Shown: positions 11,031 through 21,943, numbered from the stretch's first letter. The stretch is 64,000 nucleotides of DNA from an uncultured Clostridia bacterium (GCA_963558405.1 CAUWGC010000008.1:1-64000), one strand, 5' to 3'. The notes: generated by a model from the letters alone, not told the origin. A program made the numbers and translations.

Positions 11031-12988
11031 ATGTTTAATTTAGTATCAGATTATAAGCCAACAGGAGACCAACCTAAAGCAATAGAATACCTAGCAAAAG
11101 GAATAGAAGAAGGTAAGAAATTCCAGACACTTCTTGGAGTTACAGGCTCTCGGAAAAACTTTTACAATGGCAAATATTATACAAAAAGTACAAAGACCAA
11201 CGCTTGTTTTAGCACATAATAAAACCTTAGCTCGGACAACTTTATAGCGAATTTAAAGAATTCTTTCCAAATAACAATGTTGAGTACTTTGTGTCATATT
11301 ATGATTATTACCAACCAGAGAGTTATATACCTTCAACAGATACGTATATAGAAAAAGATTCATCAATAAATGATGAAATAGATAAATTAAGACATTCTGC
11401 TACATTATCGTTATTTGAAACAAGAGATGTAATAATAGTAGCTTCAGTTTCATGTATTTATGGTTTAGGAGATCCAGAAGATTACAAAGAAATGATGTTA
11501 TCTTTAAGACCGGGAATGCAAAAATCAAGAGATGAAGTTCTAAAAAAATTAGTAAGTATGCAATATACAAGAAATGAAATAGATTTTAAAAGAGGTACTT
11601 TTAGAGCAAAAGGTGATATTGTAGAAATATATCCTTCTGATCAAGCAGAATCTGCTGTTAGAGTAGAATTTTGGGGAGATGAAATTGAAAAAATTACAGA
11701 GATAAATGTTTTAACTGGAAAGTCAATAGGAACTAGACGTCACATACTTATTTCGCCAGCGTCACATTATGTTACAACTAATAACAAAATGGAAAGAGCA
11801 ATTGTGACTATAGAACAAGAATTAGAAGAAAGAGTTAAATATTTTAAATCTCAAAACAAACTAATAGAAGCCCAAAGAATACAAGAAAGAACAAATTTTG
11901 ATATTGAAATGATGAAAGAAACAGGATTTTGTTCAGGAATTGAAAATTATTCAAGACATATAAGTGGAAGAGAACCAGGAAGTAGACCTTATACATTATT
12001 TGATTATTTTCCAGATGATTTTTTATTACTAATAGATGAATCACATGCTACTATACCACAAGTTAAAGCAATGTATAATGGTGATAGAGCAAGAAAAGAA
12101 TCTTTAGTTAATTATGGATTTAGATTACCATCAGCTTTTGATAACAGACCTTTAAAATTTGAAGAATTTGAAAAAATGATAAATCAAGTTATTTTTGTAA
12201 GTGCTACACCAGCAGATTATGAAAAAGAAAATTCAAAAGATAATGTTGTAGAACAAATTATTAGACCAACAGGATTGTTAGATCCAAAAATAGAAGTAAA
12301 ACCTGTAACTAATCAAATAGATGATTTGTTAGAGCAAATTAGAATACGTGTGGAGAGAAAAGAAAGAGTCTTAGTTACAACTTTAACAAAAAAAATGGCA
12401 GAAGATTTAACTTCATATTTGCAGGGATTAGATATAAAAGTCAACTATATGCATTCTGATACTAAGGCATTAGAAAGAATGGAGATTATAAGAAACTTAA
12501 GACTTGGAGAGTTTGATGTTTTAGTTGGTATAAACTTATTAAGAGAAGGACTTGACATTCCAGAAGTATCTTTGGTAGCTATTTTAGATGCAGATAAAGA
12601 AGGATTTTTACGTTCAGAAAGATCATTAATACAAACAATTGGACGTGCAGCAAGAAACACAAATGGTACTGTTATTATGTATGCGGATGAACTTACAGAA
12701 TCAATGGAAAAGGCAATATCAGAGACAAACAGAAGAAGAAAAATACAAGAGGAGTATAATAAAGAACACAATATTACACCAAAAACAATTAATAAATCAG
12801 TAAGAGATACAATTGCAGTTACAGACATAAAAGATATAGAAGTAGAATATAAACTTGAAAAGAATGAAGATATTAAAGATGTTATTTCAAAATTAACTGA
12901 TGAAATGTTAAAATATGCTGCTGAAATGGAATTTGAAAAAGCTGCTGAAACAAGAGACAGAATTAAAGAGTTAGAAAAATTAATATAA
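11031..12988 (+). CDS. uvrB: Excinuclease ABC subunit B; needs two +1 shifts at CGG 11151 and 11233 (~651 aa)
   Basis: [25 protein letters not shown][c][17 protein letters not shown][c][23 protein letters not shown]; the remainder is intact through the C-terminal UVR domain. Confidence 0.93.
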
Positions 12989-13124
12989 TTTATTTATATG
13001 ATAATATTATAAAAAAATATAAAATGTAAAGAAGAAATAAAAATTTTTATTTCTTCTTTTTAAGTACAATGAATTCAAGTTACATTTTTTATACAATAAC
13101 ATATAGTATAAAAAGGAGGAAAAG

Positions 13125-13382
13125 ATGAATACTATTAAAAAAAATACATTAGAAAAAAATTTATTTTATGATAATCAAATTATTTTAAAATATAAAATTG
13201 AATATCCAGAAATAACAGAGTCAAAATATTCAGAAGGTGCAAAAATATTTAATCAAAAAAATCAAAAAGAAGCTTTAAAATTAAAACAATATGCAGAAAC
13301 AGATTTATATGAAGAAGCAAAAGAAATTTATGAATATAATTTTTCAAAAAAATTCCTATTTCCACAAAATGTACTAAAATAA
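13125..13382 (+). CDS. Short protein resembling a DUF4163/PdaC N-terminal domain, probably truncated
   Basis: AAGGAGG RBS; LKYKIEYPEI motif; only 85 aa. Confidence 0.45.
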   Translation: MNTIKKNTLEKNLFYDNQIILKYKIEYPEITESKYSEGAKIFNQKNQKEALKLKQYAETDLYEEAKEIYEYNFSKKFLFPQNVLK

Positions 13383-13427
13383 ATTATTGAAAAATTGACA
13401 TAATATTAACAAGAAGGAGGGAATTTT

Positions 13428-14483
13428 ATGAAAAAAATTATTAGTATAGTAACTATTTTGGAAATTATTTGTATGTTTACATTTTCTATTAATGTTTATG
13501 CAGATTCATTACAAAGTATAAATGTTACAATAGATAAAGAAAAAGTACATCCAGGAGAAGAAATAAAAGTAAACATAGATTTTGGAGAAGATTTAGGAGC
13601 ATATACAGCCAATATTGCTTATGACAATAATTTATTAGAATATGTTTCATCAGAAGGAGGAACAGCAAATGACAATAGTACAAGAGTAAAAGTATATTTC
13701 TATGATGAAACAGGTGGCTCTAATCCAAGAAGAAATATGTCAGTTACTTTTAAAGCAAAAGAAGGAATAGATACTTCAAATCCTACAGAATTTAGTATTA
13801 CTTTAGAAGGATTAGCAAATCCAGATGCATCTGTTAATTATGATGATGTTTTAGTACCAATTATAAAAGATGTTACAGTAGAACCAATGTATCAAGATTA
13901 TAAAATAGCGTTAAATTATACTGGAGATATATTAATAAATTCTGAAAAAGATATGGACTTAGTAATTTCTTCTGCAATGGGTAAAAATTATGAACATACC
14001 AGAATTTTAGGTAGTGTAAATGGACCAGAAGGTTCAACTGCAAAACTTTTAGCAACAGATAGTAATGAGATGGAACATGATATATTCCAAAGTGGATGGG
14101 GAGAAGCTCAAGGAGATCCAATAGGTGGTAAAGATGTAAATAAAGTATTAAAAGTTAGAGGTTTATTTAGTAAAGCTGGAGAATATGAGATTACTTTAAA
14201 ATTAGTAGATAGAGATGCCTCAGATGCAGAAATAGCAAAGCAAACATTTAAAGTAGTGGTAAAAGAAGAAACTGAAATAACACCGCCAGAAGAAAAGCCA
14301 GAAGAAAAACCAGTATTACCAGAAACAGGTGATAATAATAATAAACCTACTAAACCAGAAGTATCAAAACCAGAAAATATGCCAGAAACATTACCTAAAA
14401 CAGGTAACACTGTATATTTATCAGTAGGTAGTATTTTAGTAGTTCTTTCTTTAACATGCATTGCACTTAGAAAAAAAGATTAA
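13428..14483 (+). CDS. LPXTG-anchored surface protein with cohesin-like domain
   Basis: Signal peptide; IAYDNNLLEYVS..VTFKAK cohesin-like strands; Pro/Glu linker; LPKTG + TM + basic tail. Confidence 0.75.
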   Translation: MKKIISIVTILEIICMFTFSINVYADSLQSINVTIDKEKVHPGEEIKVNIDFGEDLGAYTANIAYDNNLLEYVSSEGGTANDNSTRVKVYFYDETGGSNPRRNMSVTFKAKEGIDTSNPTEFSITLEGLANPDASVNYDDVLVPIIKDVTVEPMYQDYKIALNYTGDILINSEKDMDLVISSAMGKNYEHTRILGSVNGPEGSTAKLLATDSNEMEHDIFQSGWGEAQGDPIGGKDVNKVLKVRGLFSKAGEYEITLKLVDRDASDAEIAKQTFKVVVKEETEITPPEEKPEEKPVLPETGDNNNKPTKPEVSKPENMPETLPKTGNTVYLSVGSILVVLSLTCIALRKKD

Positions 14484-14556
14484 TATATAAGTGATTTCTT
14501 TTAGTAAATTTCTAGAAGAAATCTCTTATATTACATATATTTAAGAGGTTGATAAC

Positions 14557-15180
14557 ATGAATAGTAGAAGACAAAAAAGAATTGAGCAAAAAAATAAAAT
14601 TAAAGAAACATTTAGAAACATTATTTTGGGAATTATTTTAGCAATCTTATTTTATGTAGGGTTTGGAATGTATAAAGAAAATAAAATAACATTAAAAGAG
14701 GAAACATATAATACAACTTTTGCTAAAGTAGAACAAATACAAGAACAAGAAATACCAAAAGAAAAAGTACAAATAGAGGAAAGTTATTTAGGATTTGATG
14801 TAGAAGCTAAACTTATTATTCCTAAACTAGAATTAGAATCAAATGTATTAAAAGAATACACTAAAGAAGGAATGGAAAAATGTATATCAAAGTTTTGGGG
14901 GCCAAATGCAAATGAAATAGGAAATTTCTGTATTGCAGGACACAACTATAAAAAAGAAAACAAATTTGAACATTTAATAGATTTACAAAAAGGAGATGAA
15001 CTATATTTATTAGATAATAAATATGGAAAATATAAATATATTGTTTTTGATATTTATAAGGTAACTCCCGAAAATTTAAAGCCAATTGATCAAAACACAC
15101 AAGGTAAAAGAGTAGTTACATTAATTACATGTACAAACTATTCTAAAAACAGAATTATTGTACAAGCAATAGAGGAATAA
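14557..15180 (+). CDS. Sortase
   Basis: GNFCIAGHN, VTLITCT and catalytic Arg (KNRIIV). Confidence 0.92.
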   Translation: MNSRRQKRIEQKNKIKETFRNIILGIILAILFYVGFGMYKENKITLKEETYNTTFAKVEQIQEQEIPKEKVQIEESYLGFDVEAKLIIPKLELESNVLKEYTKEGMEKCISKFWGPNANEIGNFCIAGHNYKKENKFEHLIDLQKGDELYLLDNKYGKYKYIVFDIYKVTPENLKPIDQNTQGKRVVTLITCTNYSKNRIIVQAIEE

Positions 15181-15194
15181 GAGGTGAATATAAT

Positions 15195-17447
15195 ATGAAA
15201 ATAATAAAAAAGTATTTAGTTTTGCTATTAATAGTTACATTATTAATAATTGCAGGTATATATTATTCAGCGGAAGCAAAAGATGAAATAGAAAGTTTTC
15301 CACAAAGTTATAGACCATATTTAGAAGAACTAAAAAAGAAGTATCCTAATTGGAGTTTTACTCCATTATATACAAACTTAAATTGGAATGATGTAATTAA
15401 TCAAGAAAATAAATTTGGAAAAAATTTAGTACCAAAATCTTATTCAGATGCTTGGAAAAATACAAAACCAGGTGAATATAATGTAGAAGTAGATGCAGGG
15501 TGGGTGGACTGTTCAAGAAAAGCTATAGAATATACTATGGACCCAAGAAATTTTTTAAATGAAGTCAGAATTTTTCAATTTGAAGGATTATCATATGATA
15601 CCAATACAGATAGCATTGAAGGAATAGAAAAAATCTTATATGGAACAGAATTTTATAATAGAATAGTAAATTATAAAACATCAACAGGACAAACTATAAC
15701 AATGTCTAGTAAATATTCTGATTTAATTTCCTTAGCAGGAAAAGAATCTAAAGTAAGTACTTACCACTTAGCATCAAGGATAAAGCAAGAAGTAGGACCA
15801 TTTTTATCGCATAGCTCTATAAGTGGAATAGTACCAGGATTTGAAGGATACTATAACTTTTATAATATAGGTGCAACAAGTTCATCAGAACCAATGGGAG
15901 CAATAAAAAATGGACTACAATATGCAAAAGATGGTAAAGGAGCAAGTGAGGCAACAAAGAGCAAATATCTGATACCATGGAATAATAAACAAAAAGCAAT
16001 AACAGGTGGTGGGATTTTTATAGGTTCTAGTTATATTCATCTAGGACAAGATACAATATATCTACAAAAATTTCATGTATATGATAAAAATGGAGGAGAA
16101 CTATTTTGGCATCAATATATGACAAATGTTTTAGCACCATATAGTGAATCAAAACTTATATATAATGGATATGCAAATACAGGTATTTTAAATAGTGCTA
16201 TTTCATTTGTTATTCCAGTATATAACAATATGCCAGAAGTTCCAGTGTCTAGTCCTAGTATTAATGAAAATGATTTTACACAAGATAATACAAAAGTATA
16301 TGCAGACGTTACAAGCAAATTAAATATTAGGACAGGTCCTTCAACAAACTATGAATTATTAACAACAGTTGATAGAAATGTAATAATGACTAGAATTGCA
16401 AAAGGAAAGCAAAATGGAGAATTATGGGATAAAGTTAAATTACCTAATGGAATGATAGGATATGCATTTCAAAACTATTTAAAAGAAGTACCAGATAAAC
16501 AAATAGAAAAAATAACGGTTTCAATAGAAGGTGGAAATAATAACATAAAAAAAGGTGAAACAAAAAAACTATCAGTACAAATTTTACCAGAAGAAGCAAA
16601 AGACCACGAAGTTGAATACATTTCTAGCAACAAATCTATTGCAACTGTAGATAGTAATGGAAATATTATAGGAATAAAATCAGGAGAAGCCACAATAACT
16701 GTAAAAGCAAAGGAAAATGAAGTGTCAGGTTCTATAAAAGTTAAAGTATATACTCCTGTAACGGGAATAAATATAAATGAAGATAATATATTTTTACAAG
16801 AAGGAGAAAGCTATGAGTTAAAAGTAGCAGTACTTCCAGAAGATGCTGATAATAAAAATATAATTTATAAATCACAGGATAGTTCTATTGCAGAAGTAAG
16901 TAAAACTGGAATAGTAAAAGGACTAAAACAAGGGAATACAAAAATTATAATTCAAACAGAAGATGGAAATAAAACTAAAGAATTACAAGTTACAGTAGTT
17001 AAAAAAATAGAGAATGATGAAATAATCTTTGACAAAAGTTTAAGAGTAGAACAAAATGTAATATCAGGATGGGATATTACTAAAATGAAGGTAAAACAAA
17101 TAAAAGAAAAAATAACAAGTATATATAATATAAAAATATATAACTCAAAAGGAATAGAATTAACAGAAGAACAAAACGCAGGAACAGGTTCTGTTATAAA
17201 ATTATTAGATGAAAAAGGACAAATAAAAATGGAATATAAAATAGTTATTTATGGTGATGTAAATGGAGATAGTAAAATTAACAGCGTGGACTTATTAGTA
17301 TTACAAAGACATATATTAGAAATAGAAGAATTATCAGGAGTATTTAAAAGAGCTGGTAATATAAGTAAAAACGGAAAAAATCCATCTTCTTATGATTCTT
17401 TGTTAATACAAAGACACATCTTAGAATTAAAACAAATTGAACAGTGA
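15195..17447 (+). CDS. Secreted glucosaminidase-like peptidoglycan hydrolase with SH3, two Big_2 and dockerin domains
   Basis: LASRIKQEVG, GYYNFYNIGA, GQDTIYLQKF, HQYMTNV; LNIRTGPST (SH3b); SSNKSIATVD repeats; YGDVNGDSKINSVDLLVLQRHIL dockerin. Confidence 0.8.
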   Translation: MKIIKKYLVLLLIVTLLIIAGIYYSAEAKDEIESFPQSYRPYLEELKKKYPNWSFTPLYTNLNWNDVINQENKFGKNLVPKSYSDAWKNTKPGEYNVEVDAGWVDCSRKAIEYTMDPRNFLNEVRIFQFEGLSYDTNTDSIEGIEKILYGTEFYNRIVNYKTSTGQTITMSSKYSDLISLAGKESKVSTYHLASRIKQEVGPFLSHSSISGIVPGFEGYYNFYNIGATSSSEPMGAIKNGLQYAKDGKGASEATKSKYLIPWNNKQKAITGGGIFIGSSYIHLGQDTIYLQKFHVYDKNGGELFWHQYMTNVLAPYSESKLIYNGYANTGILNSAISFVIPVYNNMPEVPVSSPSINENDFTQDNTKVYADVTSKLNIRTGPSTNYELLTTVDRNVIMTRIAKGKQNGELWDKVKLPNGMIGYAFQNYLKEVPDKQIEKITVSIEGGNNNIKKGETKKLSVQILPEEAKDHEVEYISSNKSIATVDSNGNIIGIKSGEATITVKAKENEVSGSIKVKVYTPVTGININEDNIFLQEGESYELKVAVLPEDADNKNIIYKSQDSSIAEVSKTGIVKGLKQGNTKIIIQTEDGNKTKELQVTVVKKIENDEIIFDKSLRVEQNVISGWDITKMKVKQIKEKITSIYNIKIYNSKGIELTEEQNAGTGSVIKLLDEKGQIKMEYKIVIYGDVNGDSKINSVDLLVLQRHILEIEELSGVFKRAGNISKNGKNPSSYDSLLIQRHILELKQIEQ

Positions 17448-17458
17448 AAGGAGAGCAT

Positions 17459-18730
17459 ATGAAAAAAATAATAACAATATTTACTATTTTTACTATAATC
17501 TTGATAGGATTTAGTATTAATTCCTTTGCAGAAAGTAAAATAGTAATTATAAAGAATAAAGAAAAAATAAATTTAGAAGAACAGGTGGAAATAAAAGTAG
17601 AACTACAAGATGCATATATAGCAGCGCTTACACTGGAAATTTACTGGGATAATACAAAATTAGAATATAATAGTGGTCCACAAAATTCAAATAAAGTAGA
17701 CAACAAAGTACTATATACATGGGTAAGTGAAAATGGAAAAAATAAACAAGAAATAAAAATAGAAGGATTTAATTTTGTAGCAAAACAAGAAGGAATAGCA
17801 AGTATTGTTGTTACAGGAGAATTTTATAATGAGAACGGTAAAAAGGTTGAAATAGCACCAGAGAATATAGAAATCAAAATAGGAGAAGCGGAAAAAGAAC
17901 CATTAACAAATGATATTAATTTACAAGAAAATCAGGGTGTAGCAGATAATAATTCCGAACTAGCTATTATGAGATTAGAAATAGAAGGAATAAATCCAGA
18001 ATTTGAACCTAATGTCTATGACTATTATATTACTACAATAGAAGATATAAAAAATATAAAAGTAACAGCAATTCCAAAAAATAAAGACGCTACTGTAACA
18101 ATTACAGGAAATGACAATCTAAAAAATGGAGAGAATGTAATAAAAATACAAGTACAATCAAAAGATAAAAGTAGCACATCAAACTATAATATATTTTTAA
18201 CAAAAACAAAAAATAAAGAAACAGCAAATGCTAATTTAGAAACGTTAGCAATAAGACAAGGAAACTTAACTCCGGAATTTGACGCAAATGAAACCAATTA
18301 CAGAATAGAAGTACCAAAAGAAACAGAAACAATAGAAATTTTAGCAATACCACAAAAACAAAATGCAAGTGTAAAAATTACAGGAGGAGAAAACATAAAA
18401 ATAGGTGACAACAAAGTAGAAATAGTAGTAACAGCAGAAAACGGAACAACTACCAAAAAATATGAAGTAACAGTTCATAGAAGAAATGACGATGAAGAAA
18501 AAGAAGTAATACAAGAGCATGAAGAACAAATAGAAAAATTATCAACAATACTAGATGAAAAAGAAAATCAGAAAGAAAATAAAACAAATAACGAACAAGT
18601 AAAAGAAAATAAAGAAATTAAAAAGCAAGAAGAAACAAAAAAATGGACGTGGATTGGAATAGGTGTAGTAGGTATTATAATTATTGTAATAATATGTATT
18701 GTGGCATATAAAAGAAGGAAAAAATATTAA
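17459..18730 (+). CDS. Membrane-anchored cohesin-like plus two cadherin-like beta-sandwich protein
   Basis: Signal peptide; EIYWDNTKLEY; two (I/L)xPEF..Y..TAIP..A.V.ITG..NLK.G.N repeats; C-terminal TM with basic tail. Confidence 0.75.
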   Translation: MKKIITIFTIFTIILIGFSINSFAESKIVIIKNKEKINLEEQVEIKVELQDAYIAALTLEIYWDNTKLEYNSGPQNSNKVDNKVLYTWVSENGKNKQEIKIEGFNFVAKQEGIASIVVTGEFYNENGKKVEIAPENIEIKIGEAEKEPLTNDINLQENQGVADNNSELAIMRLEIEGINPEFEPNVYDYYITTIEDIKNIKVTAIPKNKDATVTITGNDNLKNGENVIKIQVQSKDKSSTSNYNIFLTKTKNKETANANLETLAIRQGNLTPEFDANETNYRIEVPKETETIEILAIPQKQNASVKITGGENIKIGDNKVEIVVTAENGTTTKKYEVTVHRRNDDEEKEVIQEHEEQIEKLSTILDEKENQKENKTNNEQVKENKEIKKQEETKKWTWIGIGVVGIIIIVIICIVAYKRRKKY

Positions 18731-18740
18731 GGAAAAAGTA

Positions 18741-18769
18741 TTGATTTTGTAATATTTTTTATGTATAAT
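18741..18769 (+). promoter_or_regulatory. Sigma-A promoter of toxIN
   Basis: TTGATT-17 bp-TATAAT, with TG immediately upstream of the -10. Confidence 0.7.
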
Positions 18770-18804
18770 TAATATAATAAAACAAGATAATTAATTATCT
18801 TTAA

Positions 18805-18923
18805 TTAAAAAGTAGGAATACCCTTGCCAAAGTAGGGACTTAAAAAAGTAGGAATACCCTTGCCAAAGTAGGGACTTAAAAAAGTAGGAATATCCTTGCC
18901 AAAGTAGGAGTTTAAAAAAGTAG
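18805..18923 (+). ncRNA. toxI: Type III antitoxin RNA (ToxI-like), ~3.2 tandem 36-nt repeats
   Basis: AGTAGGAATACCCTTGCCAAAGTAGGGACTTAAAAA units start at 18811, 18847 and 18883, with a partial unit at 18919; they lie between promoter and terminator upstream of toxN. Confidence 0.88.
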
Positions 18924-18961
18924 TATGGCAGTCTTGAAAAGGATTGCCATACATTTATTTT
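18923..18961 (+). terminator. Intrinsic terminator between toxI and toxN
   Basis: GTATGGCAGTCTT-gaaa-AGGATTGCCATAC hairpin followed by ATTTATTTT. Confidence 0.8.
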
Positions 18962-18984
18962 ATTGTAGAAGATTGGAGAAATAT

Positions 18985-19488
18985 ATGAAAATTTTAAAAA
19001 TCTATTATATAAATGAAGGATATATTAATTATTTAAGACAATTTGATAAAAATGTAGCATATAACAAAAAAGCCACAAGACCTTATATAGGAATTGTTTA
19101 TACATATAATAATTATAATTATTTTGCACCGCTATCATCTCCAAAACCTAAACATACAGGAATTAATCCAAAGGCGATTGATATTTATAAAATAAAAAAT
19201 GGAGAACTTGGTGTTGTAAATATTAATAATATGATCCCCACACCTATTGAAGAGTTAACAGAAGTATTACCGACTATTAAAGATGAAAAATATAAAAAGA
19301 TGTTAGAAGAACAATTAACTTTTTTAAATAATCATAAAGCAGAGCTTTTTAAGAAAATAAATCATTTTCAAAATATGTATAGAAAGGGACATTTATCTGA
19401 AAATATCAAAAATAGATGTTGTGATTTTACGTTTTTAGAAGAGAAATTCAAGGAATATGTAAAAGTGAAAAATTATATTTTATACTAA
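18985..19488 (+). CDS. toxN: Type III toxin-antitoxin endoribonuclease, ToxN/AbiQ family
   Basis: YINYLRQFDKNV, RPYIGIV, YFAPLSSPK, LGVVNINNMIP, CCDFTFLEEK motifs; GGAG RBS before ATG 18985. Confidence 0.92.
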   Translation: MKILKIYYINEGYINYLRQFDKNVAYNKKATRPYIGIVYTYNNYNYFAPLSSPKPKHTGINPKAIDIYKIKNGELGVVNINNMIPTPIEELTEVLPTIKDEKYKKMLEEQLTFLNNHKAELFKKINHFQNMYRKGHLSENIKNRCCDFTFLEEKFKEYVKVKNYILY

Positions 19489-19595
19489 AATTTATAACAT
19501 ATTATTCTCCTACTAAATTCCAAAAAACACTACACAAATCAAAAAAAGTGTGCTAAAATATTTATGATAAGTGTTACTAAAAAGGAGGAATTATA

Positions 19596-20321
19596 ATGTC
19601 AGGCCACAGTAAATGGAGCAATATAGCTGCAAAAAAAGGAAAAGCGGATGCAGCTAGAGGTAAAATATTTACAAAATTAGGAAGAGAACTTTTAATTGCA
19701 GTTAAGCAAGGTGGATCAGATCCAGCAGGAAATTCTAAATTAAAAGATGTTATTGCAAAATGTAAGTCTAATAACATGCCTAATGATACAATTAATAATG
19801 CAATAAAAAAAGCAGCTGGTATTGGTAATAATGAAAATTATGAAGAAGTAACATATGAAGGATATGGACCAAGTGGTGTTGCTGTTATTGTAAAAGGTAC
19901 TACAGATAATAGAAATAGAACAGCAGCAGATGTAAGACATGTATTTGATAAATCAGGTGGAAATTTAGGAACAACAGGTTGTGTTTCTTACCTTTTCAAC
20001 CGTAAAGGTGTAATTATAGTTGCTAAAGAATCTACTAGTATGTCAGAAGATGAACTTATGCTACTTGCAATAGATAGTGGAGCTGAAGACTTTGAAGCAG
20101 GAGAAGAGTATTACGAGATTACAACTTCACCGGAGGATTTTTCTAATGTAAGAGAAAAATTAGAATCAGAAGGATTATCATTTGAACAAGCAGAAATTCA
20201 AATGATACCAACTACATATGTTGATTTAGATGAAAAATCAGCAGAAAAAATGCAAAGATTAATTGATAACCTAGAAGACTTAGATGATGTCTCAGAAGTA
20301 TATCATAACTGGAACGAATAA
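19596..20321 (+). CDS. yebC: YebC/PmpR family protein
   Basis: [38 protein letters not shown] motifs. Confidence 0.95.
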   Translation: MSGHSKWSNIAAKKGKADAARGKIFTKLGRELLIAVKQGGSDPAGNSKLKDVIAKCKSNNMPNDTINNAIKKAAGIGNNENYEEVTYEGYGPSGVAVIVKGTTDNRNRTAADVRHVFDKSGGNLGTTGCVSYLFNRKGVIIVAKESTSMSEDELMLLAIDSGAEDFEAGEEYYEITTSPEDFSNVREKLESEGLSFEQAEIQMIPTTYVDLDEKSAEKMQRLIDNLEDLDDVSEVYHNWNE

Positions 20322-20342
20322 TATAAAAAATAGTTCTAAAAT

Positions 20343-20388
20343 AAAAAAGACAAGCATATATTTATAAAGAATATGCTTGTCTTTTTTT
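20343..20388 (+). terminator. Inverted-repeat terminator after yebC, overlapping a candidate sigma-E-type -10 (CATATATT)
   Basis: AAAAAAGACAAGCATAT...ATATGCTTGTCTTTTTT; a similar TTCTAAA-N14-CATATA element recurs at 21361 before spoIIIAB. Confidence 0.6.
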
Positions 20389-20398
20389 GGAGGAAAAA

Positions 20399-21352
20399 AT
20401 GACTAATTTAAATTCTATATTTAGAATATTTCCTAATAGGATTTATCAAGAAATAAATAAATATTTAATGTCAACAGATTCAAATATTGTAAGCAATTTA
20501 GAGGAAATTCGTTTTAGAACTAATAGACCAATTATATTAAAAACTAGCTTAGCAGAATCTGTTTTAAATTATATAGTAACTAGTGAAGATATGATAGAAA
20601 TTCTTAGTATCCTTTGCGAAAATTCAATTTATTCATATCAAAGTCAAATTTGTAGTGGGTTTATAACAATTAAAGGAGGACATCGTGTAGGAATTGTAGG
20701 TAGTACAATTATAAAAGAAGGAAAAATTACAAACATAAATTATATTTCAGGATTAAATTTTCGTATTGCAAGACAGGTGGTTGGATGTAGTAATAAATTA
20801 TTAAAATATGTACTAGATATGGAAAATAATACAATTTTTAATACTTTGTTAGTATCTAGTCCTGGAAGTGGTAAAACAACTTTACTTAGAGATTTTATAC
20901 GTAGAATTAGTAATGGAATAGAAGGTACAAGTTTTAAAGGTGTAACAGTAGGAGTGGTAGATGAAAGAGGAGAAATTGCAGCAATGTACAAAGGGATAGC
21001 TCAAAATGATTTGGGATTAAGGACAGATGTTTTAGATAATACCCCAAAAGCAATAGGAATGAATTTATTAATACGTTCAATGTCTCCAAATGTAATTGCA
21101 GCAGATGAAATTGGAAGTAAAGATGATATAGAAGCAATTGAATATGCTGTTTGCTCTGGAATAAAAGGAATTTTTACAGCGCATGGCTCTAATATGGAAG
21201 ATGTAAGAATCAATCCATCACTTGCAAAATTGTTAAATTCGGGTGTAATAGAAAGAATAGTCTTTTTATCAAACAACAAGCAAACAAGAGGAGATATAAG
21301 TAAAGTATATGGTTATAACAAAATGAATTCTATATACGAGATAATAAAATAA
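20399..21352 (+). CDS. spoIIIAA: Stage III sporulation protein AA (ATPase)
   Basis: LEEIRFR, GFITIKGGHRVG, PGSGKTTLLRD, VVDERGEIA, RSMSPNVIAADEIG motifs. Confidence 0.95.
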   Translation: MTNLNSIFRIFPNRIYQEINKYLMSTDSNIVSNLEEIRFRTNRPIILKTSLAESVLNYIVTSEDMIEILSILCENSIYSYQSQICSGFITIKGGHRVGIVGSTIIKEGKITNINYISGLNFRIARQVVGCSNKLLKYVLDMENNTIFNTLLVSSPGSGKTTLLRDFIRRISNGIEGTSFKGVTVGVVDERGEIAAMYKGIAQNDLGLRTDVLDNTPKAIGMNLLIRSMSPNVIAADEIGSKDDIEAIEYAVCSGIKGIFTAHGSNMEDVRINPSLAKLLNSGVIERIVFLSNNKQTRGDISKVYGYNKMNSIYEIIK

Positions 21353-21409
21353 ATTTTAAGTTCTAAAATTGTACAAGCTAGCATATATATAAACAAAGGA
21401 GAAAATAAA

Positions 21410-21919
21410 ATGCAAATACTTAAATACATAATTTTATTTGTTATTTTTATATCAAGTTCAGGGATAGGAATTTTATATTCCAAAAAATACATAAATAGAG
21501 AAAAAGAACTAAAAGAAATTAAAAATGCATTAACAATATTTAAAACAAAGTTATTATACACTTATGAGACTATTCCAGAAATTTTTAAAGAAATTGCACA
21601 AAAAGTAAATGCTCCCATTTGCAGTATATTTAAGATGGCATCTGATAATATGCAAGAAATTTTAGCAAGTGATGCATGGATAGAAGCAATAAATCAAAGT
21701 GATAATAATTTAAATAAGGAAGATAAAAGAATAATAAAAGATTTTAGTAAATTACTAGGACAAACAGATGTAGAGGGACAAATTAGTAGTGTGGAATTAG
21801 TAATAAATTTTTTGGACAAACAAATAGAAGAAGCAATAATAGAAAGAAAAAAAAGTGAAAAGTTATATAGAACTTTGGGTATGACATTTGGCTTAGGATT
21901 AGTTATTTTATTAATTTAA
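21410..21919 (+). CDS. spoIIIAB: Stage III sporulation protein AB
   Basis: Operon position; LGQTDVEGQ and KLYRTLG motifs. Confidence 0.9.
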   Translation: MQILKYIILFVIFISSSGIGILYSKKYINREKELKEIKNALTIFKTKLLYTYETIPEIFKEIAQKVNAPICSIFKMASDNMQEILASDAWIEAINQSDNNLNKEDKRIIKDFSKLLGQTDVEGQISSVELVINFLDKQIEEAIIERKKSEKLYRTLGMTFGLGLVILLI

Positions 21920-21943
21920 AATAAAGAAAAGGGGAGAAAACAA

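Noticed and set aside
11031-12988. uvrB, abiEii, helicase and the other split genes as ordinary pseudogenes or random sequencing indels
   Set aside because: All ten lesions are the same frame-specific event (C before GGN), not in homopolymers, with no shared methylation-like motif and no other decay. Read-level confirmation is still needed.
18805-18923. 36-nt repeats as a CRISPR array
   Set aside because: The repeats are contiguous without spacers, no cas genes are present, and they precede a ToxN-family gene.
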